A stretch of 64,000 nucleotides of DNA, taken from the NCBI GenBank assembly GCA_022072055.1, contig JAJVIK010000007.1, positions 513,442-577,441 on the forward strand, given 5' to 3'. Below the pieces are notes generated by a model. It ran no database searches, was not told where the DNA came from, and saw nothing but the letters and a program-made list of their open reading frames with translations. Position numbers and translations under genes: made by a program. The first letter of the stretch is position 1; each line of letters begins with the position of its first letter. This document shows, piece after piece, positions 19,919-29,717 of this stretch. Source of the stretch: a bacterium. Lineage in GTDB: Bacteria; Hinthialibacterota; Hinthialibacteria; OLB16.

Positions 19919-22135
19919 CTAGAGCTCGGCGGAGAGCATCAGCAGGAAGAAGGCGTTGTGAGGGAGCCAAGGCTCGCAGGTCTCCGCGCCGGGGAGGGAG
20001 CCGATCTTGTCACGGAAGTCAAACCAAGGTCGGTCCGAGTTGCCCGGCTCTCGCGCGATGCCGTTGGGAATCGCGCCCGGAACCGCGCCGCGCGGGTGGT
20101 CCGGCGACTCGGCCAAGAGGTGATGGTAGTGGATTCGAGCGGAGCTCCCGACACCTTCGAGCATGCACAGGTCCAGCGGATTCAGGCCCAGAACCCAGTG
20201 CACCTGGCTCGCGGCGTGCTCGCGGAGCAGTCCGGCGAAGGCGGGCTCATCCTCGAAGGTTCTTGCTGAGAGATAGGCGGCCCAGGCGGTGGAGAGATAG
20301 GCGCTGTTCGCGCCCCCGAACCAACTCGCCCGGCTGGGGAAAAACTGGGGCTCTCCACCCGCAAGATGGCGGATGAGACCGAACGGGTTGTCGGCCATCC
20401 GGAGACTCCATTCAAAATACAGTCGGAGCGCGGAGCGGATCCGGTCCCGGTGGATCGATTCGGGGTGGTGAAGCAGAACAAAAGCCAGCGCCGCCGGGGT
20501 CACCCCCTCATCCACCAGCTTGAATTCCGGCCCGGCGCCCGGAGTCCTCGCGAACCAGCCCTCTTTGTGTTGCAGTTCGAGGACTCGTGGAGCGAGGATG
20601 TCCGCGGCCGCGGCAAACTCCTCGCGCCGGGTTGTGCGATAGAGCTCCAACGCGGCGAACAGGGACCGAGGGTCGCGGCCCTCCAGCATCCTTTCGCGAT
20701 AGACCCGCCACAGGCTCTCCGCGCTCGTGAGGTAGCTCGACTCCGGGTGCTGACGCGCGAGGGCCGCCCACGAGGCGATCACCCAGGCCCCCAGATCGGC
20801 GGGGTCTCCGACCCCAATCACACGGTCATCGGCGGTTCCCGGGATGCCGTCGGTTTCCTGCTCCGGCAGACCATAGTATTCGATGTCGTTGGTGACATTG
20901 GCCCAGAGATGTCCGCTTTGAGGATCGACCATCTTCAGAAACCAGTCCGCGCCCCAGGCCGCCTCATCCAGCAGGTCCGCGCGCCCGTTTCCATCTCGGT
21001 CGAGGGTATCGAAGAAACCGGGCGCGCGCTCATGGGCGGAGACCATCCCATAGACCGAGATCGGCGCGTTGTCCCCCATGTGTTTGTGGGAGTCCCCCGC
21101 GCTGTGGAACCCGCCGCTCACATCCACATGCGTTCCATCCGGGAGCGCGCCATCATCCACATGGCAGGCCTCATGCCAGCCCTCCACCGCGCACCCGCAA
21201 CGCTGGACCGAGTAAAACCGGTAGGCGAGCTCCCCGGTGGTCCTCAGGCGCTGCGAGGGCCCGACCCGGATCCCCCCGCGCTCGGTTGAGGCGTTGTCGA
21301 TAAACGCCGCGAGATGGTAGGTCCCCGGACCCGGATCGGGGACAAGACCCTCGAAGAAATATCCACCCCAGTCCGTTTCGTGTTGACCGAGGGTTTTTCC
21401 GAGGGGAACCAGGTCGCCTCGATAGCGGAGTCCACCGGCGTCCGACACCTCAAAACGAGCTTGGCCTTCAACCGGAAGGAGGCTTGAGCGGACCAGGAAC
21501 CGGAGCGGTCCGGAGGCGTTATACCCACCCTGGTCGACCAGGATGCGGAGGTCGTGCCTTGGTGGACGGAGGCTCAAGAGCCCCACGGACCGAACTCGAT
21601 AGATTCCGGCCTCCGAGGGAAAAGAAAGGAACAGGCGCGCCTGCTTGGCATTCGGATCGAGAGGAATCGGGGGGGAGGTGATCTTTCTCTCCCGGCCTTC
21701 CATCACGACTTGATCGAAGCGCTCCTCCTTGAGCAGGCCCGTGCGCCCAAGCTGTTGGAGGAGGATTGTGGGAGACGGTCCGGTCATGTCGGTCAGTATC
21801 GCCTCGGCCACAAGCGGGCTGGAGGTGGAGCCCGGAACCACGGGCGCGGCGGACAGGACAAACTCCCCGACCGTTTTTTCGACTTCAAGAAAGCTCTGTC
21901 GTTGGACCTTCCGGACACGGAAGTCCGCTTCCGCCTCACTCCTCCGGTTGGCGCTGAAGTAGGCTCTCCGCCAGTCCCTCGGAATCTGTTCGACCGCGCC
22001 GCCGGACAACCCGCCGGATTCGGTCTCCTTGAATTCACTGTTGAGCAGGAGGGAGTCCGATCCCACGCCCGCCTCCGCCAGGAATAGAACTGCCATCGCG
22101 AGTCCCGCGAGGAGCGCGCGGCTGAGTGAGGTCAT
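19919..22135 (-). CDS. Glycoside hydrolase family 9-like secreted protein
   Basis: Signal peptide MTSLSRALLAGLAMAVLFLA; GH9-like motifs (GGFHSAGDSHKH, HHLLAESPDHPRGAVPG). Confidence 0.7.
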   Translation of the reverse strand: MTSLSRALLAGLAMAVLFLAEAGVGSDSLLLNSEFKETESGGLSGGAVEQIPRDWRRAYFSANRRSEAEADFRVRKVQRQSFLEVEKTVGEFVLSAAPVVPGSTSSPLVAEAILTDMTGPSPTILLQQLGRTGLLKEERFDQVVMEGRERKITSPPIPLDPNAKQARLFLSFPSEAGIYRVRSVGLLSLRPPRHDLRILVDQGGYNASGPLRFLVRSSLLPVEGQARFEVSDAGGLRYRGDLVPLGKTLGQHETDWGGYFFEGLVPDPGPGTYHLAAFIDNASTERGGIRVGPSQRLRTTGELAYRFYSVQRCGCAVEGWHEACHVDDGALPDGTHVDVSGGFHSAGDSHKHMGDNAPISVYGMVSAHERAPGFFDTLDRDGNGRADLLDEAAWGADWFLKMVDPQSGHLWANVTNDIEYYGLPEQETDGIPGTADDRVIGVGDPADLGAWVIASWAALARQHPESSYLTSAESLWRVYRERMLEGRDPRSLFAALELYRTTRREEFAAAADILAPRVLELQHKEGWFARTPGAGPEFKLVDEGVTPAALAFVLLHHPESIHRDRIRSALRLYFEWSLRMADNPFGLIRHLAGGEPQFFPSRASWFGGANSAYLSTAWAAYLSARTFEDEPAFAGLLREHAASQVHWVLGLNPLDLCMLEGVGSSARIHYHHLLAESPDHPRGAVPGAIPNGIAREPGNSDRPWFDFRDKIGSLPGAETCEPWLPHNAFFLLMLSAEL

Positions 22136-23385
22136 GGCGTCTCCTCGATGGCAAGATTTCCGGTTTGCCAAGGGTCGTGACGTCTTGTCGGCCAGGGGAA
22201 ACGGGAACGGTTCCAGGCGCCTCCGAGCGACAAGCAGTGCAGGACCCCATTGTGGTCGGCGATCAGGATTTCGGTCTCCCCATCGCCGTCCGTGTCCGCC
22301 AAGGTGGGGGTGGCGGAGATGCGTTTTCCGGTGGCGTAGCTCCACTCCAGGTCACCTTCCGCGGAGAGGCAGTAGGCGTGGCCATCCGCCGACGCGCAAA
22401 CCACCTCGAACGCCCCATCTCCATCCACATCTCCGACCGTGGGGGCGCTTTCGATCCAATCCCCGGCCTTGAACCACCAGAGTTCCACACCACGCGAGTC
22501 GAGACAGTACAGGTTCCCAAAATAATCGCCGTACAGGACCTCGGGGGTTTCATCGCCGGTAAGGTCGGCGACAGCGAGGGTGGTGTCGATCCGGCAGGGG
22601 GTGGTGCGGTGGTTCCAGATCGGTTCTCCCGATCTTCCATCCAGGCAAAAGAGCGCCCCATCCCCGGAGGCGATCAGAACCTCGAGGGCCATGTCTCCCG
22701 TGAGGTTGGCGAGCACGGCCCCGCAGTCGAAGGCGGCGTTCCCCATGAAGCGCCATTCCACGCTTCCATCGTGGTTGACACACACCACCGCGCCGTTCCC
22801 GCTTCCGCTCACCACCTCCGCAAGGCCATCCCCATCCGTATCCCCCAATGCCGGCGGCCCCATCGGTCCCTTGGCGCCCAAATCCAAGCTCCAGCGCGGG
22901 CCTCCGTCAGGGTTGCGGCATTCCAGGAGGCCCGCGAGAGAAACCCAGTAGATCTCCTTTCCGCCATCGTTGTCGGCATCCGCAACCACGGGGTTCCCCC
23001 AAGGGATGTCCTGCCCCTCGGAAGCCCTCCAAAGCAGCTGCCCCTCGGTGGAGAGGCATGCGATTCCCTGCTTCCGCGTGGCGATCAGGATTTCGGGTCC
23101 GCCATCGGAGTCCAGGTCGGCGAGCGTGGGGGTGGAGGTCACCCGGAGGGTGAAATCATCCTGGGTCCAGCGGACCTTTCGCTCGGAGTTCAGGCACAGA
23201 ATCTTCCTTTCGGCGCTGGAGACCAACACCATCTCCGGACCGGGATCGGGGAGCAGGTCGGCCACCACCGGGGCTGAGTAGACCCGGCTCCCGCAGGAAA
23301 AGGTCCATTCCAACCGCGGCTCCGCGCCCGCCACTTGGAGCGACGCGATGAGGAGGGTCAGGATCACGCCGACCATCCGGTTCAC
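22132..23385 (-). CDS. FG-GAP/VCBS repeat beta-propeller protein, secreted
   Basis: Repeated DxDxDGxxE motifs (DLDSDGGPEIL, DTDGDGLAEVV, DVDGDGAFEVV); signal peptide; 4-nt overlap with the GH9 gene start. Confidence 0.7.
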   Translation of the reverse strand: MNRMVGVILTLLIASLQVAGAEPRLEWTFSCGSRVYSAPVVADLLPDPGPEMVLVSSAERKILCLNSERKVRWTQDDFTLRVTSTPTLADLDSDGGPEILIATRKQGIACLSTEGQLLWRASEGQDIPWGNPVVADADNDGGKEIYWVSLAGLLECRNPDGGPRWSLDLGAKGPMGPPALGDTDGDGLAEVVSGSGNGAVVCVNHDGSVEWRFMGNAAFDCGAVLANLTGDMALEVLIASGDGALFCLDGRSGEPIWNHRTTPCRIDTTLAVADLTGDETPEVLYGDYFGNLYCLDSRGVELWWFKAGDWIESAPTVGDVDGDGAFEVVCASADGHAYCLSAEGDLEWSYATGKRISATPTLADTDGDGETEILIADHNGVLHCLSLGGAWNRSRFPWPTRRHDPWQTGNLAIEETP

Positions 23386-25004
23386 TTGGGGACCACCGCG
23401 CCCTTGCCGCTCGCGCTTTTTTCAGCCGCCTCGATCACCGCGATGGCTCGGCGCGCCTCCTCGGCCTTGACCGCGAGCTCCTCGCCCATCGTGAGATGGT
23501 CGGCGATGTTCCGGTAGTAGGCGTCCCAATCCCCCTTCTGGAAGGGAACCTTGCCGCTGATCGGAGCGCCGCCGGAGTGGCTGGTCAGGGTCCAGCCCGT
23601 GTCGGAGTAGTCTTTCATCGTGGCCGCGCCCAAGGTCCCGAGCACGCGCCAGCGATCCTTGGGGGCGGCGGCGAGGGAGCTGATCTCGGCGGTGGCCAGC
23701 GCGCCATTCTCGAATCGAATCATCGCCACGGTGTGATCCTCGTTGGTGACCCCATGCCAGACCCTCTTCTGAAACGACCCGGTGACACTCGCCGCCGGGG
23801 AGGGGATCAGATTCAGAATCCAGTCGATGAAATGCGCGCCCCAATCATAAAGGCAGCCGCCGGAAATCGCCTTGTCCGAGCGCCACCACCAGCCCGGATG
23901 GCCGTAATTTCCTCCAAAAAGCTCCACCTGGAACACCTCTCCAATGAGTCCGTCGGCGATGAGCTTGCGGAGCGCCAAGTAGTCTCCATCCCAGCGGCGG
24001 TTATGGAACACGCTGAGCAAGACGCCGCTCTTGCGCGCGGCGGCGATCATCGCATCCGCCTCGCGGGTGTTGAGGCACATCGGCTTCTCGGTGATGACAT
24101 GCTTCCCGGCCCGCGAGGCCCGGACCGAGAGCGCTGCGTGGGTGTTGTGGGGAGTCACCAGGACCACCAGATCAAGGTCTTTTTTCCTGAGCAGACGGCT
24201 CACGTCATTGAAAGTCTCAACATGGGGGAAATCGGCCTGGGCGGCGGCTGTTCGGGCGGGATCGAGATCGCAGACCGCGGTCAGCTCCAGCCCCTCGATC
24301 CGGGTGATGGCGTCCGCGTGGGTCTTGCCCATGTTGAAGGCCCCGCCATAACCGATCACGCCGCAACGAACCGGCGGTTTCTCTTGGTCGCCCGTGGCCC
24401 AGCGAAGGGAACGAGCCACCAGTTTTCGGAAATCGGGGTGGTTGAACGCCGCGATCCCATGCCCAAGGGCGAGATACACAATCCGCCCCCGGCCCTCCTC
24501 GCGGACATACGCCATCGGCTGGAGCGCGCCCCTCCAGGGGGAGGTCATCAACGTGGTCCGGCGCGAGGCATCCCCGTCCAGGAGATACAGCTCATCCTCG
24601 ACCGTGAAGGGGCTCATGCGTCGCGTGATGAAGTGGGGTGGGCCCGTTGCCGAGACCTCGAAGGGATGCACCGGACCGTGCCCCACAAACTCCCCGCCGA
24701 GGAGAAAGACCCACTCCCGATGGTTCCGGAACGAATCCGAGGCGCAGTGCAGGCCCACCAGCGCGCCTCCCGCGCGAGTCCAGGCCTCAAGCTCCGCCAC
24801 CTGTTTGCGGCTGAGCCCATCCCCTTGAGTGTAGACCAAGAGGGCATCGTGTTTGTCGAGGAAGTCTCTTCGGATACAGCCGCGGTCCTCGACGCGCGTG
24901 ACCTTGAAACCCAGTTCGGAAAGGAATCCATCGAGGATTCGCCCGCAGGTCTCGAAGTCGTGGTAGCCGCCGCCGGTGAGTAGGAGAACTTTCTTGGGTG
25001 TCAT
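23382..25004 (-). CDS. Fusion protein: ThuA-like domain plus Gfo/Idh/MocA oxidoreductase
   Basis: N-terminal ThuA-like region; C-terminal Rossmann VRCGVIGYGGAFNMG and EKPM motif. Confidence 0.75.
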   Translation of the reverse strand: MTPKKVLLLTGGGYHDFETCGRILDGFLSELGFKVTRVEDRGCIRRDFLDKHDALLVYTQGDGLSRKQVAELEAWTRAGGALVGLHCASDSFRNHREWVFLLGGEFVGHGPVHPFEVSATGPPHFITRRMSPFTVEDELYLLDGDASRRTTLMTSPWRGALQPMAYVREEGRGRIVYLALGHGIAAFNHPDFRKLVARSLRWATGDQEKPPVRCGVIGYGGAFNMGKTHADAITRIEGLELTAVCDLDPARTAAAQADFPHVETFNDVSRLLRKKDLDLVVLVTPHNTHAALSVRASRAGKHVITEKPMCLNTREADAMIAAARKSGVLLSVFHNRRWDGDYLALRKLIADGLIGEVFQVELFGGNYGHPGWWWRSDKAISGGCLYDWGAHFIDWILNLIPSPAASVTGSFQKRVWHGVTNEDHTVAMIRFENGALATAEISSLAAAPKDRWRVLGTLGAATMKDYSDTGWTLTSHSGGAPISGKVPFQKGDWDAYYRNIADHLTMGEELAVKAEEARRAIAVIEAAEKSASGKGAVVPK

Positions 25005-25143
25005 CGCGTGTCGCCCCTTGGTGGGAATCAGGATGGGGGGAATTGTCTCACCTGGGGGAGGCTCGATAAAGGAGAGAGGGAAACCCTCCCAAACCGCCTC
25101 TACAGCGTCATCGAAAGGGGGCGGAGCTCTTGATTCATCGGAT

Positions 25144-25449
25144 TCAGAACCCGTTCCATGGCCTCAAGGGCTTTCGCGCCGAGCAGGTTCCCGGCACTCC
25201 ACAAATCACCGGGGCGGCCCCGCCCGCGCCGCGATATTCGAAATAAGCGTCACTCAGCTCGCGCGTAATTTCCTCGCCATTGGCAAGAGAAGCGGTTCGC
25301 TTTCGGTACGGTCGAATCCCCAGTCCCTCAAGCAAGTCCCTTGGCGCCACCGAGTACACCGCGCCTGAAGCGACCAGAAAGGCAACCCTCTTCCCCGGTT
25401 TTGTGCCATGCCTCTTCTTGATCAACACGTGCACTTTGATCAGTCCCAT
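25144..25449 (-). CDS. Retropepsin-like (clan AA aspartic protease fold) protein lacking the catalytic Asp (DTGA replaced by ASGA)
   Basis: 101 aa; pattern GKRVAFLVASGAVYSVAPRDLLEGLGI matches the bacterial retropepsin-like core except at the catalytic residue; starts 12 nt after lepB stop. Confidence 0.4.
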   Translation of the reverse strand: MGLIKVHVLIKKRHGTKPGKRVAFLVASGAVYSVAPRDLLEGLGIRPYRKRTASLANGEEITRELSDAYFEYRGAGGAAPVICGVPGTCSARKPLRPWNGF

Positions 25450-25460
25450 GATCAACTTCG

Positions 25461-26225
25461 CTACCCCTGAAGCGCGCGCTCCCCGAGATTGGAGATGACC
25501 CGCGGGGTTGAAGGCTCCGGCGGGATCGGGTTGACGCTCTCCCCGTGGATCGGTCCCAAACGCGAAAGCGGCCAGAAACGCACAAACGCCTTTCCGATAA
25601 TGGCATCCTCCGGGATCGGCCCCCAGTAGCGCCCATCATAGCTGTTCCCGGAGTTGTCTCCAAACACCAGCACATGCCCTTCGGGAACCACCATCTCATG
25701 GAAGACCTGGCCGTTCTGGAGACGGTCGTAATATGGGTTCCTGCGGAAGAACGGGGGGTCGGAGACCTTCCTGCCGTTGACCACCAGGTGGTTGTCCACA
25801 ATTGCCACACGGTCCCCGGAGACTCCGACAATCCGCTTGATCCAGATCGGTTTCGCCGGATCGTAGTCTGGGATGGTCTTGGGAACCTTAAACACCACGA
25901 TGTCCCCCACGCTCGGCTCCTCAAACAGGTACGCGAGCCGGAACACAAACACCCGGTCGTTGATTTTGAGGGTGTCGAGCATCGAGGGGCTGGGGATGTA
26001 GAAGGCGGTCACCACCGTGCTGCGCAGGAGGATCACCAGGGCGATGGTAAGGGTAAGCGACCAGGCCTGGCTGTAAAAACCAAGCCGCTGGACCACGTGT
26101 TCGACTACCCGCTTCCCGCGAGGGGATTTCTCCAAACGGAGGGCGAGCCACCCAAAAAACACCGCGGAAAGGGTCCTCCGTGGCGGTTTGGCTTCGGGTG
26201 ATTCGACTGTCTTCTCTTCGGGCAT
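25461..26225 (-). CDS. lepB: Signal peptidase I
   Basis: Catalytic boxes SPSM, KRIVGVSGD, GDNSGNSYDGRYWG; N-terminal TM anchor. Confidence 0.85.
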   Translation of the reverse strand: MPEEKTVESPEAKPPRRTLSAVFFGWLALRLEKSPRGKRVVEHVVQRLGFYSQAWSLTLTIALVILLRSTVVTAFYIPSPSMLDTLKINDRVFVFRLAYLFEEPSVGDIVVFKVPKTIPDYDPAKPIWIKRIVGVSGDRVAIVDNHLVVNGRKVSDPPFFRRNPYYDRLQNGQVFHEMVVPEGHVLVFGDNSGNSYDGRYWGPIPEDAIIGKAFVRFWPLSRLGPIHGESVNPIPPEPSTPRVISNLGERALQG

Positions 26226-26474
26226 GAACTCGGAAAACCTCCCTGGAAGGTGCGCTTCGGCGCTTGGATCATTATATGTGGAACGTTTGGAATGTCACCG
26301 GGTGATTCCGCGCGCCTTCGGCCCAAGTCCCGGAGCGATGGTCGGTTGGGCTGTAAGCTTGACGGGTCCCGGGATCATTTCTAGCATGAAGTCCAACGGG
26401 CTGGCGCTAGGCCGATGGGGGAGCGCCCCGCGGCGGCTAGGCCGGATTCGAGCGCGGGTATAGGCGGCGATCTC

Positions 26475-28115
26475 ATGGCCCATGTGGCTTTTGTATCCCT
26501 TTTTGATGAGTGGTGCCTGGGTGTCCGGAGCATGTCCTCGATCTTGAGGAGCAAGGGGCACCGGGTTTCCATCACCTATTTCCGCGACATGGCCGCCCTC
26601 AACGACACCGAGGGGGAGTCGGACCCGGAGGGGTACCACAATCCCCCAGGCAGCGTGAGCGGCCGGGATGTCGCCGCGCTCCTTGGTCATGTTCGCACCC
26701 TCGAACCCACATTGATCGGGTTCACCTTCATGTCCAACTTCCACGGTCTGGCCAAGTTCCTGACCGAGCGTCTCAAGAAGGAATTTCCGAATACTCCGAT
26801 CATTTGGGGTGGGTCCGACTCCACGGTCAACCCGGATTTGGGCGCGCGCATCGCGGACTACCTCTGCCAAGGCGAGGGGGAAGAGGCGATTGTGGAACTG
26901 GTCGACGCGCTTGACCGGGCAGGCGACACGCGCGCCATTCCCAACATCTGGGTCAAGACCGGCGAGGGATTCATCAGCAATTCTCCACGATCCTCGGAGA
27001 AGGACCTGGACCAGTACCCATTCACCGATTTTGAGCAGAGAGACAAGTACTATCTGCGTTCCGGCAATGTCGAGCGGGGTGTCTATCCCCCCGCCAGCCA
27101 TCTGCACACCAACTACCCGACTCTGACCTCGCGCGGCTGCCCATACAATTGCAGCTTCTGCTGCAACTCGAACTATCGCGATCTGTATGGCCCGGCCCAC
27201 TATGTCCGCCGGCACAGCGTGGATTATGTGATCCGCGAGCTCAAACGCCGCAAGGAGACCTTTCCCGGATTGCGATTCATTGAGTTTCATGATGATGTGT
27301 TTACTTTCAAGTCGCAGTGGCTCCAGGAGTTTTCCGTTCGCTACAAGGAGGAAATCGATCTCCCGTTTTTTGCCTACACCCACCCCTCGATGTGCAAGAA
27401 CGAGGACCTGGAGGCCCTTCGGCGCGCGGGCTGGGCCACCACCGTGATGGGTGTGCAATCCGGCAGCGAGGAGATCCTCAAGATGTACGACCGCAAAACG
27501 GCGCGCCGGCGAATGATCGACACAGCGCACCTCTTGCAGCGCATCGGGGTCCAGCTGGTGATTGACCTGATCGGAAACAACCCCATGGAATCCGAGGACA
27601 ACATGCGGGAGACCTTTGAGATGCTGCTGGAGTTTCCGCGCGACTTCACCATGCACGAGGTCAACCCGCTCGCCATGTACAGGAATTTCGAGATTGCGCG
27701 CATCGCCAATGAGCGCGGGATACTCGGAACCTTCTTGGAGGGGCGCAACGCCGCCCTCGCGCCGGTCATTCCGGCCTACCGTTTCTGGAACGCGATGTGG
27801 ACCATGACCCAGGTGGGGCAGATTCCCCGGGAGACCCTTCGCGCCATGGCCGATGATCCCTATCTTCACGATCACCCGGAGGTGGTGGAAGGGTTAGCCC
27901 AAGCTTTCCTCAGCACTTCTTATGTCCCGGGAACCATGGTCAAAAAGGACCGCCGTCTCCAGGAACTGGAGGAAGAGCGCGGTCGCCTGGTGGGCAGTCG
28001 CGCCTACCGCTGGGCGAACAAACTGCGAAAAGCTCACACTTTTGTCATCTCACACCTTGCCATCAAGAACGGCAACACCAACCAGCCTCCCGCCCGGACC
28101 ACCCAAACGGTCTGA
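26475..28115 (+). CDS. B12-binding domain radical SAM protein
   Basis: N-terminal B12-binding-like domain then CxxxCxxC (RGCPYNCSFCC); ATG at 26475. Confidence 0.8.
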   Translation: MAHVAFVSLFDEWCLGVRSMSSILRSKGHRVSITYFRDMAALNDTEGESDPEGYHNPPGSVSGRDVAALLGHVRTLEPTLIGFTFMSNFHGLAKFLTERLKKEFPNTPIIWGGSDSTVNPDLGARIADYLCQGEGEEAIVELVDALDRAGDTRAIPNIWVKTGEGFISNSPRSSEKDLDQYPFTDFEQRDKYYLRSGNVERGVYPPASHLHTNYPTLTSRGCPYNCSFCCNSNYRDLYGPAHYVRRHSVDYVIRELKRRKETFPGLRFIEFHDDVFTFKSQWLQEFSVRYKEEIDLPFFAYTHPSMCKNEDLEALRRAGWATTVMGVQSGSEEILKMYDRKTARRRMIDTAHLLQRIGVQLVIDLIGNNPMESEDNMRETFEMLLEFPRDFTMHEVNPLAMYRNFEIARIANERGILGTFLEGRNAALAPVIPAYRFWNAMWTMTQVGQIPRETLRAMADDPYLHDHPEVVEGLAQAFLSTSYVPGTMVKKDRRLQELEEERGRLVGSRAYRWANKLRKAHTFVISHLAIKNGNTNQPPARTTQTV

Positions 28116-28180
28116 TTGGTCCCACCTTAGGTCCAAAAAGTCCCAATTCTCGTCGTTGGTCCGTCCCAATGGAATCGGAC

Positions 28181-28210
28181 TTGACTAATCATATAAAAAT
28201 GATTTATGAT
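28181..28210 (+). promoter_or_regulatory. Candidate sigma70-type promoter (TTGACT-N18-TATGAT) upstream of the two-component operon
   Basis: Hexamers in a locally AT-rich stretch about 40 nt upstream of the kinase start; sequence match only. Confidence 0.25.
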
Positions 28211-28251
28211 GATTCGGGGCTGGAGAATCACATCGAGGGAGATGGCGGAGA

Positions 28252-29697
28252 GTGGCTCAAAAGAACACGGAAAGCGCCCGTCAGCGGACTTTTGTGCTTC
28301 CCTTGATGGTGGCTCTGCCGGTTTTCTTCCTGATCTTTGCCCTCACCGAGGGCTGGTACCTGGTCAGTCTGATTGAGCATGGTTGGGATAGCGGACACGG
28401 CAATGTCTGGCAGACCCTGCGATCGGTGGACAAGGTTGTGTGGGTGTTTGGGGGGGTTGCGGCGCTGGCCGGGTGTATCTGGGCCTGGGTGATTCTCCTC
28501 CCGATCAAGCGCTACAAGGCCTTCCTGGATCGTCTCGCGGAGGAAGGCGCCGGGGAACCGCCGGAATTGGATCAATCCTCGGAGCTCGCGGCGGTCGCGG
28601 CTTCCTTCAACCGGGTCCTGCAGGAAATGGCCGCGCCGCTTCCGAAACGCGCGCGGGCGGTCCTGGACACGATTTCGAGCGGAGTCCTGCTCTTGGATGG
28701 GTCCGGGAATGTCGAATGGATGAATCCGACCGCCTCGCGTTTGCTGGAGGCTCCGGGCGAGCGATTGAAGGGAACCCCTTACGGCGAAGTCTTCGCCCGT
28801 TGCCCGGCGATGGTCGATGTGATCCGTCGCGCGCTGGAGAGCGGTTCGGACTTCCCCGAGGAGTCGGTCGAACTCATCGACCGCTTCGACGAGAAGCGCG
28901 CGGTGGGGACCCGCGCGGCCTGGGTCCGGGATTCGGATGGGAAGCCGTTGGCGCTGGCGCTCACATTGGTGGATGTCACGCGCCTCGAATCCTTCGCCTC
29001 CGGAATCCGCACCGCCGGGCGGCTCTCTTCCCTTGGGAAGGTCGCCGCGGGGATCGCCCACGAGGTCCGCAATCCGCTGGCTTCCATCCGCGGCTTGGCG
29101 CAGCTCCTGGAATCCGCCGAGAGCATCCAGGAAGACAAAGTCCGCGCGTACACCAAGGTCATGATTTCCGAGGTGGACCGGGTCAATCGAGTGGTGGACC
29201 GCCTATCGCTCCTGGTCTCGATGGCCGAGGAGCAGCCCGCGCTCACTTCGATCAAGTCCCTCTTTGACTCGGTGGTGGAGATGGCGGGCCACTTGGCCCG
29301 GCGGCGGAATGTGCGCCTCGAAACCGCGCTGGAGGATGCGGACCTTGCCGTGGAGCTGCGCCCCCAACACATGACCCAGGCGGTCTTGAACATGGTGATC
29401 AACGGGGTCGAGGCGGCGCCCGCGGGGGCCTGGGTGCGTCTCGGGGCGAGGCGCAACAGCGAAAGGGGGGAAGATGTCGCCATTGAGGTTGAGAACGAGG
29501 GACCGTCGATTCCGCCCAGCGAGCTCGATGACCTGTTCCAACCGTTCCACACCACCAAGCAGCACGGCACCGGGCTGGGGCTCGCCATCACCGAATCGAT
29601 TGTCCGCGAGCATGGCGGCGAGGTTTCCGTGCGCAGCGGCGGCAACCGGACCCTGTTCACCGTGCTGCTGCCGGCGTCCGGCGGAACGAAAGCGTGA
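28252..29697 (+). CDS. Sensor histidine kinase (PAS-containing, NtrB/AtoS-like)
   Basis: TM helices, PAS-like region, H-box AAGIAHEVRNPLASIRG, HATPase G-boxes (TGLGLAI). Confidence 0.8.
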   Translation: MAQKNTESARQRTFVLPLMVALPVFFLIFALTEGWYLVSLIEHGWDSGHGNVWQTLRSVDKVVWVFGGVAALAGCIWAWVILLPIKRYKAFLDRLAEEGAGEPPELDQSSELAAVAASFNRVLQEMAAPLPKRARAVLDTISSGVLLLDGSGNVEWMNPTASRLLEAPGERLKGTPYGEVFARCPAMVDVIRRALESGSDFPEESVELIDRFDEKRAVGTRAAWVRDSDGKPLALALTLVDVTRLESFASGIRTAGRLSSLGKVAAGIAHEVRNPLASIRGLAQLLESAESIQEDKVRAYTKVMISEVDRVNRVVDRLSLLVSMAEEQPALTSIKSLFDSVVEMAGHLARRRNVRLETALEDADLAVELRPQHMTQAVLNMVINGVEAAPAGAWVRLGARRNSERGEDVAIEVENEGPSIPPSELDDLFQPFHTTKQHGTGLGLAITESIVREHGGEVSVRSGGNRTLFTVLLPASGGTKA

Positions 29698-29717
29698 CAA
29701 GGGAGAACTGGGGATCG

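Noticed and set aside
26226-26474. Possible cobalamin riboswitch upstream of the B12-binding radical SAM gene
   Set aside because: No recognisable B12-box or conserved cobalamin-aptamer core seen by eye.
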